Below the pieces are notes generated by a model. That model saw only the letters and a program-made list of their open reading frames with translations, had not been told where the DNA came from and did no database searches. Below are positions 27,401-42,400 of a DNA stretch of 64,000 bases, one piece after another (within the stretch, counting starts at the first letter, position 1; every line of letters starts with the position of its first letter). This stretch comes from Tubiluchus corallicola. Lineage: Eukaryota > Animalia > Priapulida. The stretch covers positions 64,639-128,638 of the forward strand of contig JAQGDQ010000610.1 in the NCBI GenBank assembly GCA_030141605.1. The letters are read 5' to 3'. A program made the translations under genes and the position numbers.

Positions 27401-30400
27401 ACTTCAACGTGGATTATCTCACTTTAGAAATAACATTGAGCGATAAACTTGGTATCAAAATGATCCTCATGAAATGGATATTCAGAATATGTGAATAACT
27501 AGTAACAGTTATGAACGTTTTCGCTGTGCAAGCACACATATCAAACTGTTATGGATGGTACTAACACAGTTACGGATGCACCTTCAAGCATCGCCAGTTC
27601 CACATTATTTCAGGAATTACGCGAGACGCTTATCACACTTTTATTACTAAATCTTTCTAACATTTTTTGCGAACATTGAAATGAGCCAAACTTCCCAGAA
27701 GGCTTGACCTTTCCCTTAATTTTTGGTGTCATTTACATTTGTCCATCCACTACTAGTTTTAGATTTGGGAAATGCACTAAACTTATCATTGTTCCCTTTT
27801 GTTTAGTTACAGAACGAAGTTGAGGCATTATCTATCCGAAGTCCGTTCACTCAGAGACATGACGAGCAGTCCAGACGTCTCATCTAGAACTAGAACAATG
27901 GCTGACTTTAACAGTGATTTTCTCAAGGTTATGGTTATGTGAATAACTAGAAAAGCTTAACTTCCGACTTATAGATGACTTTGCCATGCAAGCACAGATA
28001 TATTCCCCATGCCACAATGCAAATACAAATACAATCCAATACAAATGCACGGCAGTAAAGCGGTTAAACACTTCATCATTTCAGCGGCAAATAACATACA
28101 TCTACTAATGTTAGCACCAACATATAAATCATTACGCCTTTTTGCAGTTCCAGCAATTGATGATGATCGTAAAAAGGTTACGCGTGCCAGACAACACATT
28201 TGTGAACATTTGACAACACCTCACCGCCTAAGCTACTGTACTAATAACAGTTTTAACAGCTGGAACTTTACCTAGTTCACTTTTTCTTGTTCCCAACCAA
28301 GATACTGCTAGTAAATCACCCTGCGCACAGACTAATGCATAATCCACATAAAAACCAGAAATTACTGAACTGATGTAACAGACGGCTTTGCCTTACCCAC
28401 ATGTTATGTGACGGTTGTAGTTAAGACACGCTGGTTAACCTTTGACCTATAGCAAGTGCGCATGTGCACAACGAAACAGTGAAAATGCTTATTGTGTTGA
28501 ATCACCACAGAAACTTACGTCAACATAGATTAATATAAATGTTGTGCCGTTCAGCGGCGGATCTCCGTGGTCAATCGCAATAACGGTGAACCTAAACTGG
28601 TATTCCACATACAATTCTCCTTCATCGTACAATATAGGTGTCAATGCCAATATTTCACCTGCAATTTCAGACAGGCAAATGAAATTTACAGTTCAGAATC
28701 GTCCAATAGTTTAAGTTTAAGTTTATTTATTTCCACACTGCATCTTACAGTTCTAATAAAAATACAGATAATTTTCCACTGAAGTAAATATAAATATAAA
28801 TGCAATATAATCCAGAAATTACAAAAGAGAATCTTATGCAGCATGTACATGAGCAAATTACATTACAGAATAATTTTGATGCATACAGTTTGAGCCTAAA
28901 AGCATAGCTTGACAGGCCCAACTGTACATGGAAATCTTAAAGAAGTGATTAATAATTGAAATAATGATAATATATACATAAATGTGGGGGGAGTAGTGAA
29001 TGAAATATGAAATGGAACAAGAACTAAGAAAAAGTGTGATTATGATTATTAAGTGTTCAGTAACCTATTATTATTTCAATTATTAATCACTTCTTTAAGA
29101 TTTCCATGTACAGTTTGGCTGGTAAGCTATGCTTTTAGGCTCAAACTGTATGCATCAAAATTATTCTGTAATGTAATTTGCTCATGTACATGCTGCATAA
29201 GAATCTCTTTTGTAATTTCTGGATAATATTGCATTTATATTTATACTTACTTCAGTGAAATTATCTGTATTTTTATTATAACTGTTAGATGCAGAGTGGA
29301 AATAAATAAACTTATAACTTATTGATTTACGATAATAATTGTTAGTATCTATTTAATCTGTACACATCTATGTAATCATAGTTGTGTACTATATAAGTAC
29401 TACAGAGAAAAAATAAAGATAACCTCTAGGTGGTATGCGGGAAAAACCGGTAACTAGCATTTTACGAACCAAGCAGGTTTCTCACAGCGAACTATTCCCT
29501 GCCTACGCATTTATAACACAATAGGCATTAAGTGATTAGGTAATAAATGAGACAGAGACAAAATCACTTGCCTTTAAAGTTATTCGTTATACAACTAAGC
29601 TACAGAAGACTACATTCTTACTATGTACAGAACACTCATAATTAGCCTTAAACTATGAATAGAACACTCTTAATTAGACTTACAATAGAAAAAATTTAGT
29701 TTTAACTTCATATGTACACAATAATTGTCCTATCTGAAATACATTTCTGTCAAAACTCAACTCCAAACCTGCCAGAATTAGTGTCATGTACAGAACACTC
29801 TTAATTAGCCTTACAATAGAATAAATTTAGTTTTCACTTCATATGTACACAATAATTGTCCTATCAGAAATACATTTCTGTCAAAACTCAACTCCAAACC
29901 TGCCAGAATTAGTGTTATGCAAACTATGTACAGAACACTCTTAATTAGCCTTAAAATAGAATAAATTAGTTTTAACTTCATATGTACACAATAATTGTCC
30001 TATCAGAAATACATTTCTGTCAAAACTCAACTCCAAACCTGCCAGAATTAATGTTATGCCAACTATGTACAGAACACTCTTAATTAGCCGTACAATAGAA
30101 TAAATTTAGTTTTAACTTCATATGTACACAATAATTGTCCTATCACTAAATTCTTACCCGACGTTTCATTAACACTGAAATTTCCGCCAGGTGAAACACT
30201 ACCCGTAGAGCCATTCTGGTGCACAAAGAAGTAACTCAGGTCGCTGTTTGGAGGTTCATCGAGATCCGTCGCCTAAGAACGTTAGACATTAATCAGTTTC
30301 TTAACACAAATCTACACAATTTTCTAAAGGAGTGCTCAGACTAGCGAGCTCGTTACTTTATTTGCTTTACTTCAGTTTCTGCTTACATATTAAGTGAAAC

Positions 30401-33400
30401 TAGTCATACTTTGATGTTTATTTCCCTAATAAGAGATACAGTAAGTCCTCGCTTAACGACGTTTCGTTTTAACGACGCCGATGATTTGACACATTTTTTC
30501 ACTTAACGGCACACGTTTCGTTTTAACGACGATTTTTTGACTTTGCTCAAGGCAAATTTTTATTTGACTAACAAAACTTTTACCTAAATTAATGCTTTAA
30601 AACAGCATCTATTGCGTCATTCTGTTCTGAAAATGCACTAGTAATGTAAACAGTGTAATTATTATACATGTTTTTTGCTTCCGGAGTGACTACTGATGTT
30701 ACTACTGTATTACTAGCAGTTCGTGTATCAAGTGACCAGCAAGCAATTTTGCCTGCAACATGTTGCTGTAGCAAGCAGACTAAGAATGTAGGTAAAATTA
30801 ACAAAATTAACATGGTTTTGACTCTGCAGTGTTTATTGTTCAACCGCTGATTTGGCTTAAACGTTAACGAAAGAGAAACAGCTATAGACAGGTAGTGGTA
30901 AGTGAAATATATAGGTGATTTTAGGCAAATAGGAAGACATTAATCAGTAGAAATATGAATAAAACTCATAGAATGTTTAATTTATATGATTTAAGCAGCA
31001 TTGATTTTTCTCTCTGAAACGTATTTCAATTCTTTTACATTATTTTCTATGGAAGTCTTGGCTTCGTTTAACGACATTTCGCTTAACGTCGCATTTCGTT
31101 GGAACCCATTAGCGTCGCAAAGTGAGGACTTGCTGTATGCCATATACGTTCAGTTCGAGCACTGATTTGTCCTATTTGCTGTCGTCTAATTAATGTTAAG
31201 GTGTACAGCATTGCCCATCTATCCTTTAGAGACGTTGTCGTTCCTGTTTCTTACAAAAATGTTACTTAATTCTCAAGACCATTATATTAGTACTTCGGAT
31301 CTTTATTTTCAACCTTGTATTATACAGTCAAGCTCGGATATAAGGGACACCGCGGGACCAGAAAAACCGCCCCTTATAGCCGAAGTTGAGTCAGACCGAG
31401 GGTGTATCTAGACCTGTAGTTTTCTGTTCGAAGGCCGAGTTTGCGAAAAATTGAGGCTAAAAATTGATCAATTTTGCTTTGATCATAGGGTCCTTTATAT
31501 GCAAAGTAATTTACCTGGGTTTCTATTACCCGGGACCCGAAGATATCATCCCTTATAACCGAAAGTCCCTTATATCTAAGTACCTTATATACTGAAGATT
31601 TTTACATAGGAAAAATGTAAAGATTTTGGTGGTCCCTTATAAGCGAGTACCTTATACTCGAGGTTGACTGTATTTGCAAATGGCAAATTTTCGTAATATC
31701 GGATAACATCGGATACAAATAGCTGCAAAATCTCATGAGTCTCCGATTTTTGGATACGAATCGGATATCCGTAGCATCACTAGCTAAAATATTCTTCAAA
31801 ATTCAGAAAACTTCTGATTATGCTCCGTGCACTTAATGTACCTACGTGAACGAAAAATGGCCGCTGAAAATCTGGCGGATTTTCTGCATCTTCGGTGATA
31901 AAAAATTCGTAATGGCTATAAAATTTAGGAGCATTGTTGTTTAGATCCATGACTGTGATGTCTATTGTTGTGGTGTTGCGGTTGCCGTTACCCTGTAAAT
32001 GAGAAAGACGGAAAAAAATAAAACTTCGGTAACTGAATGAAAACACGATAAAGGCACGTTCACACTTGTGAGTTTTCTGTAGCGACTTTTTCGCTGTTTT
32101 ACGAGTTTTTGCGGCATTCCATATCAAATTTTCAAAATTACGTATCTAGGTTTAAGAGTTTAAAACATTTTTATGAACATTTAAGTAAAGTTTTTTAAAA
32201 GGTACATGTACAGTATGGGAAAAGTTATTAAGGGAACGGAAAAGGGTTATGTATAAGAGTGTGGGGAAGGTTTATAAAGACTTAAAATAATGTATAACTA
32301 TATCGTTCCTACTTCACGGAAATTCACTTATCTCGGGTGGGTCTGGAACGGAACACCCCCGATAAGTGAAGGAACACTGTATGTCCAATCCATCTTAAAC
32401 AGCGTCTTTTTATTTTTCTTGTCCAAAGTTCTTCTAGTATTTTTTCATATAGATCTTTGTTTGAGATTTTCTTTGGGCATCTGATACCCAAAATGTTTCT
32501 TTGAAATGCATCAATTTCAGCTTTATGATTTGCTTTAATGTCCAAAGCTAAGAGTTATACAGAAACACAGTTTCAACTAAGGCTGAGAATATTCTAATTT
32601 TTGTAAAGAAATTCGTTTATCTGTGGAAGACGACTTATTATAAGCGAATCTTTGAAAATTGTAAAAAATTCAAATTTACAGGGATCAACCGAAAAATTTA
32701 CGGGATTTGAGCCGGAACTATCCTGCTACTGTATGCGATACCAAGTTCCTAGATCCAGGGTGGAGAAAGTGGAGCCTGGATTCCATTTTATCACTGCAAA
32801 CAATGACCTACAAGGGTGGAAACATACTGGAAAATCATGTGGACGATTTTAAAAAAATTTACGGTCGATGGTGAAATGACCGATTTCGTCGATGAAAACC
32901 TTTTTGTTCTAAAAAAACACGCAGACGCGTAGCTGCGCCGCTCCAGTGCCACGCTTCCACGTGTTTCCACAGCATGTCCACTTCAAAACAGGAAGCAGAG
33001 GCAGAGATACGGATGAACTTTATTAACCTTTAGTCTTACCAGTTCGTCAATAGCATCGACTGAGAAATAGTAGCTATTTGCTTCTTCTCTGATTAGTTCT
33101 CCAACAGTCGTTAAAGCGCCTGTTCTTTCGTCCAGTCTGAACCTATGAAAACACAGTACACGTGTCACGTGACCAAAAATTTATTTTGCTGTTAAGTAGT
33201 AGTCATTTTGAAATGACAAATTTCATGTCAAAATTCATTACTGGGTGTTTCATAAACGAAATTTACAAAATTGAGCTTACCTGCTGTTTTAGTTAATAGT
33301 GTGAGATCTCCATTATGTACAATAATTCTAACGCTTCGCTTTAAATATACAGTCTAACCTCGTTATCTCGCCCCTCGTTATGCTGCCAAACGCGTCTCTC

Positions 33401-36400
33401 GCCATAGAAAGTACCAGGACGGATTTCCTGCTTTGATATTTACCTCGTTAAGTCGCCACCCTCGCTTCTCGCCCTCGCCACGTCATGCTAGGATGAGTGC
33501 TTATGTAAACTATATTCGTTATGTCGCCAAACAGACAAACTCAGAGGTGAATCGATCAATATAACATGGGGGATGTAGACAATGCTGCTGTACTCGATAG
33601 ATAGACAATCTAGTGTGTGTCTCACCAGGATTAGATTAGGAGTGCTGTGGTTGGTTAATGCGCAGAGAAACTATCGAATGACCAGCTGTCGACACACTGA
33701 TGCGATACTTTGAACAGTCTGACAGAGCCACAAGCGACGATATTCAAGGATTGTGTTTGATAAAACGTCGTGTTGACTGCTTGCGTGTATGATCAATGAA
33801 ACAGTCGTCTCTTCTGAATTATTTCGGTCGTCAGTAACTCATTTGTGAACATTTCTAAATCTTTTGCTAAGTTTATTGCATTTAAGTGTATACTCGAAAA
33901 AGGTTTTTTAAATAAAAATGTAACATTCTAAGATTATTTTTATGACATTTTTTCATTTCTGATTTAATGTTGATTGGTATCATAATGTGAAATATATTTT
34001 ATATGTACATAGAGGAACACTATGTTAAACAACTATTATGTACAGTACGTATATACAGTATGTATATACATATAGACTAACTTCATTATATTCCTGTTAT
34101 CTTGCCATACTCGCCTCTTACCAAAAATTTGCCCTAGATGGACAGTGGCGAGATAACGAGGTTAGACTGTAGGTTATCATTATGTAAAATGTCATTCCAA
34201 TTCCAAAATTCGTTGAGTACTAAATTTTGTAATATCACCTAACATAATACAATATGATTGTAATATTAAATACTGTAAATACCGTTTACTATTATCAGTC
34301 GTCATCGTCGTCGTCATCATTATTATAATTATAATTATTATTATTGTGTTTTATTACGTATTGTGTTAATGACTATACGCAATGTGCACAATTTTATCTT
34401 CTTTTAGTTTAGGCTGTGTAGTTTTTTCACACATATAAAAAACATATAAAAATATTTACACATATATAAAACACATATAATGTTTTATAACTTGTAACTG
34501 TAATTGTATTGGTTGTAAATGGGTAAAAAAATCTATTATATTATAAAAAAATGTTTAAAACTTAATTTCTACTTTACGCGTATTGTTTTAGACCAGGCTA
34601 ATGGTTACTCGCAGTAAGAGCTTGTGTTATAAAGCGAAAATACGAACGTCAAAAGGTGAAATAGAAAGAAACTGAAGTCGTCAGGTACATAAACTGGCGA
34701 AAAGTTGGAGACTGACGAAATCAAATAGTTCAAAACGCTGTTTTAGATGTGCAATCTGTATTCTAATCATAATCAGCATTTTCTATCAAATAATCCACAT
34801 TGTTGTTGTTGACATCCTTCTGTCTCGGAAGACAACGGTGTGTGTGCCAAGAGAGTCAGTTATTGATCACATTGATGAAGCTGCAGCGTCAACTGTGGCT
34901 GAGCAGTGTGATCCTTGAACCACTGGAGTGGCCAACTCTCCAGGGCGCACGCCTGGGCAAGGTGTATGGAGATCCTGAGTTGCCCAGACAACAGGAACCC
35001 CCTCTCTTCCTCCCTGGTGTAGTCCACAGGAAAGCGGAGAGATACGTTTGGCACCAGGTTGGCTGCAGGAGCTGCCAGAGTCAGTGAGCATGCTGCACTG
35101 GTGCGCCTTCGAGGCTCTACTCCTGATTTGGAAGGTTTACTCCTCTACACATGGCCGTTGGGTCACTTGACCTCCTCCGCCCTCTAGCCGTTGGCTGCTT
35201 GTGCAGCTCCTCCGCCAAGTGTCGAGATACAGTGTGGGCATCCCGCAAGCCTACAGCACCTGGTATTCCTAGGTGGTCACCCATCCAAGTACTAACCAGG
35301 CTCTACGTTGCTTAACTTTGTTGAGCAGACGAGAACCGGTGTTTTCAAGGTGATATGGCTGTAGTAATCCACATTAGCCAAATAATAAAAGTAAAGGTTG
35401 AACATACTCCATATCATCCAAATAGAAACAAAAAGTTTACCCATACGCCATCTTAGTAAAACGTTATTTTAAACAGAACTATCTATTGTGCACTTCGAAC
35501 CAGTGCCATTACATATGCCCTTCTAACTTAGAAGGTATCGACTCAAGAAGCCAAGTGTCCTAGTTTCATACAACATTATGTATATTCATGATGTGCCATT
35601 GGGTTTATACATCAAGGTTTGACGTTGTGTCTTTGGTTTAAATTGTGGAGTTTAACTTGTGTAATTGTGTTCTTAATAACGTGGTATAGGTTTTTTGTAG
35701 TGCTGTATATGTGTGAAATTGTATCTTTATAATCAGTGTGTGTATTGTGTGATTTGTAATTGTGATTACCCAATAAACGATAACTAACAGTAAATTAATT
35801 CATTGTTCTGTTTACAAATCAAATATTACACGGAGGTTGCATTTGTTAGCATTAACATAATTGATTGGGAAAAAAATTGATTGATTGCCAAATGAATTTC
35901 ATATAAAATAGCTTAGGGAAAAAAGCTGCATTTAGTAATGCTAATGCCACTGAATGCATATTCTACATCAATCTTTAATTGTGTGCTTGTAAGCCTAAAT
36001 CGTCCACAAGTCGGCATAGTTAAAACTACCGTTATGATGCTTCAAAGTAGAATAAACAAAAAATTTGGTCAAATGTTAATTTTTTTTATAAAAGCAAATG
36101 CTAAATATATGGGGCTTTTATGTTATAGCATCAAATTATCAAAAAATTTTAAAAAATACTAAAAATTTAATTTTATTGCCAAGCCCAGATCTTAGTCAGG
36201 AAGAGCCATCTACTGGCGTTAGTTACTCCAATGTGTTCTTGTAAAGTCCATAGCAACCAACATTTTTATGGTTGCTAAGTGTTTTGTAGAAATGCGACAA
36301 AAAACAATGGCTGACTTTAACAGTGATTTTCTCAAGATTATGTTTTTCAGTGTGAAGCCTGCACCTCAACTTCGACGTGGATTGTCTCAGCTTAGAAATA

Positions 36401-39400
36401 ACATAGAGCAATAAGCTTGGCATCAAAATGATTCTCGTGAAATGGAGATTCATGATATATGAATAACTAGAACAATGGCTGACTTTAACAGTGATTTTCT
36501 CAAGGTTATGATTTTCAGTGTGCAGCCTGCACCTCAACTTCGACGTGGATTATCTCAGCTTAGAAAAGAACATAGAGCGATGAGCTGAGCTTGGTATCAA
36601 AATGATTCTCGTGAAATGGACATTCAGGATAAGTGAATAACTAGAAAAACTTAATTGTTGATTTAGGGACGATTTTGTTATGTAAGTACACATATACGTA
36701 TGCTACATCAACGCCTAAGTACGTATGCGACATCAATTAACACCAATCAAACTAAACAGACTCAGTATCAAATGCACTTGACAGCTGCATACCTATCTTT
36801 GAGCTGCCCAAAAATTTGATAAGACACGGCTCCGAAGTTTCCAGAGTCGGCATCATTTGCAACAACATTTGTGACTATCGTTCCACTAGGAGAACCCTCG
36901 GGGATGGCAACCTTGTACGCCGACCGCTCAAACTGCGGAAAGTTGTCATTCGTGTCGATGATGCGGACTTCAACAATGGTGTAGCCCCAGCGGGCATCCT
37001 TCGTAGTGGTTTCCCTGGCGACTAGCTGCAAAAACAAAACAAAACGCCATCTTCAAAACAATTTTGGAGAAAGCATGTAGGTATGTTTGTGGAAAACTGG
37101 CATTCTTGACAACAGGTTTACGTGAAGAGAAGCCCTCTCTCACTAAAAGAAGCCAAAAAGATCAGAGATTATGCGATAATCAAACTCAATATAATCTTTT
37201 TCTAGTTTTCAACAGTGGGCAAGTGAGTGTTGCAGCAATAAAAATAGCAAATAGCAATAAAAATGGCTGTAGGTCAAAAATTAAGTGTCTACGTGCCTTA
37301 ACTACAACCGTCATGTGATGTGCGTGTAAAGCAAAGTCGTCTGCCACATCAGTTCAGCAACGTCAGGTGGTTTGCGTCGACCTTACTTAATTATGCATTA
37401 GTCTATGTGTAGAGTGATTTACTAGCAGGATCTTGGTTGGAAACAAGAACTGGGTAAGGTTCTAGCTAGCTGTTATAACTGTTACTATTACAACACCACG
37501 GGCAGTTAGGCATTGTCAAGTGTGTTGCCTGATACACTTAACTGTTGACCTTTTCACGATCACCATCAATTGCTGGAACTAGCTTCGTTCAAGCTCACTC
37601 AACCTTGATCAGGAAGCCTTAACTACAGTCTAATTAAACCCTCACCATTATAATAAGCTTTTACAACTTAAAATCCTACTCTCATTACGAATATTCAATT
37701 TATTTTATTATAAACTTACTATAAACCGTGTTTCTTTTGATTCTTTATCATTTTGTTGTTAGCGGTATTAATCTTGAAGAAGCGCCATTTTCGTTGTGTG
37801 AAACGAATGACGTTATAAGCACAGTCACGAGGTCGCCAAAGATCGGTAACCAAAGACGCTTTCCGTACCTCATACGTCACTCTTGCTCACTCTCACCAAA
37901 GACACGAAACACTGCGATCTTTACGGCAATCTGCGGGTTTGAAATTCTTCAGAGTTGGGGTTACATAGGCCTTTGATTCGTACTTAGACGACGAAAATAT
38001 CAGAGGGTCATTTGTTCTGACAGCATCACGGCTTATAGCAAATAGTTCTTGGTTTTATGAAACCGAATGATATGCGTAGTAATTTGAACATTTTAGCAAA
38101 TAAATTACGGACTTTTAAAATCTTCGACGTAACGTCACCGAAGCTTTCTTAAGGTGTAGATTACGGCAAAAAAAACGTACCTCAAATTTAATTTTTGTAA
38201 TAGCCTGATAATCCAAGAGGTCACGATTTAAAACTTTCAGCAGCAATACCCCACGATATTTGACAACGGATGGCTCCACGTAGAACATCTGCTTTGCAAG
38301 TGGAACGTTGCAATCGGAACAGTTGCCGCTATGATCCGATATTTCCACCAGAAAGGTGCCATTCTCACCCTGGATGAAAATTAAAAATGGTTAATGAACG
38401 TACAAGACGCAGAATGAAAACGTAAAGAGAAACAAGATTTTGATCTTTATAAATGCTCTGAACTTAACTTGAATAGTTTTATGGGGAAGCAATGACAATA
38501 ATATCATTGGTTTTTAAACAAGTAATTGACAGAATTGAGTTTTGACACTGGTTTTTATGCAAGTAATTGACAGGATTGAGTTCTGACATTGGTTTTTAAA
38601 CAAATAATCGACAGGATTGAGTTCTGACATTGGTTTTTAAGCAAGTAATTGACAGGATTGAGTTCTGACATTGGTTTTTAAACAAATAATCGACAGGATT
38701 GAGTTCTGACATTGGTTTCTAAGCAAGTAATTGACAGGATTGAGTTCTGACATTGGTTTCTAAGCAAGTAATTGACAGGATTGAGTTCTGACATTGGTTT
38801 TTAAACAAGTAATTGACAGGATTAAGTTCTGACATTGGTTTTTAAACAAGTAATTGACAGGATTGAGTTCTGACATTGGTTTTTAAACAAGTAATTGACA
38901 GGATTGAGTTCTGACACTGGTTTTTAAACAAATAATCGACAGGTTTGAGTTCTGCCATTGGTTTTTAAACAAATAACTGACAAGACTGAGTTCTGACATT
39001 GGTTTTTAAACAAGTAATTGACAGGATTGAGTTCTGCCATTGGTATTTAAACAAGTAATTGACGGGTTTGAGTTCTGCCATTGGTATTTAAACAAGTAAT
39101 TGACAAGATTGAGTTCTGACATTGGTTTCTAAGCAAGTAATTGACAAGATTGAGTTCTGACATTGGTTTTTAAACAAGTAATTGACAAGATTGAGTTCTG
39201 ACATTGGTTTCTAAGCAAGTAATTGACAGGATTGAGTTCTGACATTGGTTTTTAAGCAAGTAATTGACAAGATTGAGTTCTGACATTGGTTTTTAAACAA
39301 GTAATTGACAAGATTGAGTTCTGACATTGGTTTTTAAACAAGTAATTGACAAGATTGAGTTCTGACATTGGATTTTAAACAAGTAATTGACAGGATTGAG

Positions 39401-42400
39401 TTCTGACATTGGTTTTTAAACAAGTAATTGACAGGATTGAGTTGTGACACTGGTTTCTAAGCAAGTAATTGACAGGATTGAGTTTTGACACTGGTTTTTA
39501 AGCAAGTAATTGACAGGATCGAGTTCTGACATTGGTTTTTAAGCAAGTAATTGTCAGGATTGAGTTCTGACATTGGTTTTTAAACAAGAAATTGACAGGA
39601 TTGAGTTCTGACATTGGTTTCTAAGCAAGTAATTGACAGGATTGAGTTCTGACATTGGTTTTTAAACAAGTAATTGACAAGATTGAGTTCTGACATTGGT
39701 TTCTAAGCAAGTAATTGACAGAATTGAGTTCTGACACTAGTTTTTAAGCAAGTAATTGACAAGATTGAGTTCTGACACTGGTTTTTAAACAAGTAATTGA
39801 CAGAATTGAGTTCTGACACTAGTTTTTAAGCAAGTAATTGACAGGATTGAGTTCTGACATTTGTTTTTAAGCAAGTAATTGATAGGATTGAGTTCTGACA
39901 TTGGTTTTTAAGCAAGTAATCGACAGGATTGAGTTCTGACATTGGTTTTCAAGCAAGTAATTGATAGGATTGAGTTCTGACATTGGTTTTTAAGCAAGTA
40001 ATTGACAGGATTGAGTTCTGACATTGCTTTTTAAGCAAGTAATTGACAGGATTGAGTTCTGACATTGGTTTTTAAGCAAGTAATTGACAGGATTGAGTTC
40101 TGACATTGGTTTTTAAGCAAGTAATTGACAGGATTGAGTTTTGACATTGGTTTTTAAACAAGTAAGTGACAGGATTGAGTTCTGACATTCATTTTAAAAC
40201 AAGTAATTGACAGGACTGAGTTCTGACATTGGTTTTTAAGCAAGTAATCGACAGGATTGAGTTCTGACATTGGTTTTTAAACAAATAATTGACAGTGTTG
40301 AGTTCTGAAAAATTTTCCCGGTCAAAAGCAAGAGCCGGAACACTAACCTGATCGTAGTCAAATGCAAATAAGTCCTCCGGTTCTGCAATGGTAACATATA
40401 CGTTAGTGGGAGAGTTTTCAATTATACTTCCTCTATAGAACGAACGGTTGAACGCTGGAGCATTATCGTTAATATCAAGAACTATAACATAGATTAATGC
40501 AGTTCTTCTGCTCTTCCAGTCATCCACGGTTGTATTCTTGTCAGCCGCAACCTGTGCGTTAATAAAACTCAAGTCGAAATGCCGCATTCCTGCATATAGC
40601 AATAATGTATTACCAAAGACCTTTCAAGCAGTTACACTACCATGAACTATGAATTTATTTTTCACACATCAAAAAATACAATACCAAACACATCAATACA
40701 TTTAAAATAATATAATTTGAGTAGTGCGAGGTGAGTGTACGACGATACGGTCATTAACACACTCACCTTACTTAAATGAAAAAATGATTATAATTATGCA
40801 TTCTTCTGTGTGTAACTTAATAATGTAAATAAGGATGAAGTAAATGATGTAATAATAGCAATGGTATAAGAGCAATAAAACTGAAAGTTGACAAAGGAAA
40901 ACATAATATGTAATTACGACTTTGAGTGAGCCTTAGAGTGAAAAAATTTTAAATTGTTACAAATTTGAATTATCTGATTATCTGTCAATGCAGCAACAAG
41001 CAGCAATAACTACATATTTATATGATAGTGTATATTGCTAATTGCGCAGAAGAGTAGCATAATGATCTGTCCCCATACTAACTGACAGCTTTAAAGGATC
41101 ATTATGGTACTCTTCTGTGCAATTAACAATATACATTATCATATAAATTTACACTACACTACAACATATGGCTATGCAGACGCTCTTAATACTAAAAGAC
41201 AAGCGGAGAATCAAAGAAGTTAGAACTGTTATGCAACACAAGTACATGAAAATTTGTTTTTCCATATTTTAATGATAATATTACACGTTATTTAATGTAT
41301 AAAAAGATACAAGGATTAACATTTCCACACAAATGCTCGCGATTTTCAAAATCAGAATAATTCTAAAATAAGGAAGCGTTCTGATAACATAACATGACAA
41401 TCCAGAAAAAACAAATATTTCCCACGATTCCAAACGTTGATTATAAGACAAAATTTCGGTTACAACCATCAACTTTACTGTTAAAGGCTTGCTTAAGGAA
41501 ATTTACGTAACGTGTACCCCAGGGATGAGAATGACAAATTGCAAAAAACTCTGAAACAGGCCGGGGGTTTGGGGGCGAAACCCCCTTGGAGCCAGCAACA
41601 AATTGCAATTTTGTGACCATAGAGAGCCTCTAAGTGGACCTAAAATATCAGTTACCTTGTTTCATTCATAATTTAAAATACCCAACTATCAAGGATACAT
41701 GACACCTAATTGTCTCAAAAATGCCTAAGTACTGGCCGCTCCTTTGCAAAAGTATATAAAAAACTGTCTACAATTGACTCAAATAAGTCCGCACAATTGA
41801 TCCTATATTTTTATACATAGAGATATACAAGTGGTTACACTGATGTACGTGATGTAAACAAAATGACGGCTTGCCAACTAGCGGTCAGCTTGTGAAATAA
41901 TGTACTGGGTCCGTAAAAATTTTCTCAACGAATTTACGCGACTTACAAAAATAGCACTACTGGTCTTCCAAAAACTCGGAATTCCGCGTATCCGCAGAAA
42001 ATTCTCATCCCTGGTGTACCCTCAAAGCAATGCCGGACCCCCCATACCGGTTTCGCCCATACTCCCTTGAGATAGCACTTAAAGGCACGCCACTTTCATA
42101 TTTAGCTATAATTTCAAGCTTTGTTTCCATCGACATCATCCTTTTCTTCTTATCACTACCACTGGCACTTGCTTTTTTCGGACCCATGGTTATTGAATGC
42201 GTTCACGTGAGATAAGAGCACAACAAAGAGTTCACGTGATGCTACGAAATTCATTCTGCGAAGACCGTTGTCGGGCGGCACTTTTGATTTTCGTTTTTGT
42301 ATCTTGAATATTTTATCATTATATGGGACGGAAATTTCTTCGAAGCCCGATTCGTATTCTGAATTTTTCGTATAATAGGGTTTTCGTAAGTCGAGGTTCC

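Noticed and set aside
35247-35364. Functional 5S rRNA gene
   Set aside because: No oligo-T terminator, solitary, and fused to a body and tail bounded by a TSD, so it is a SINE head.
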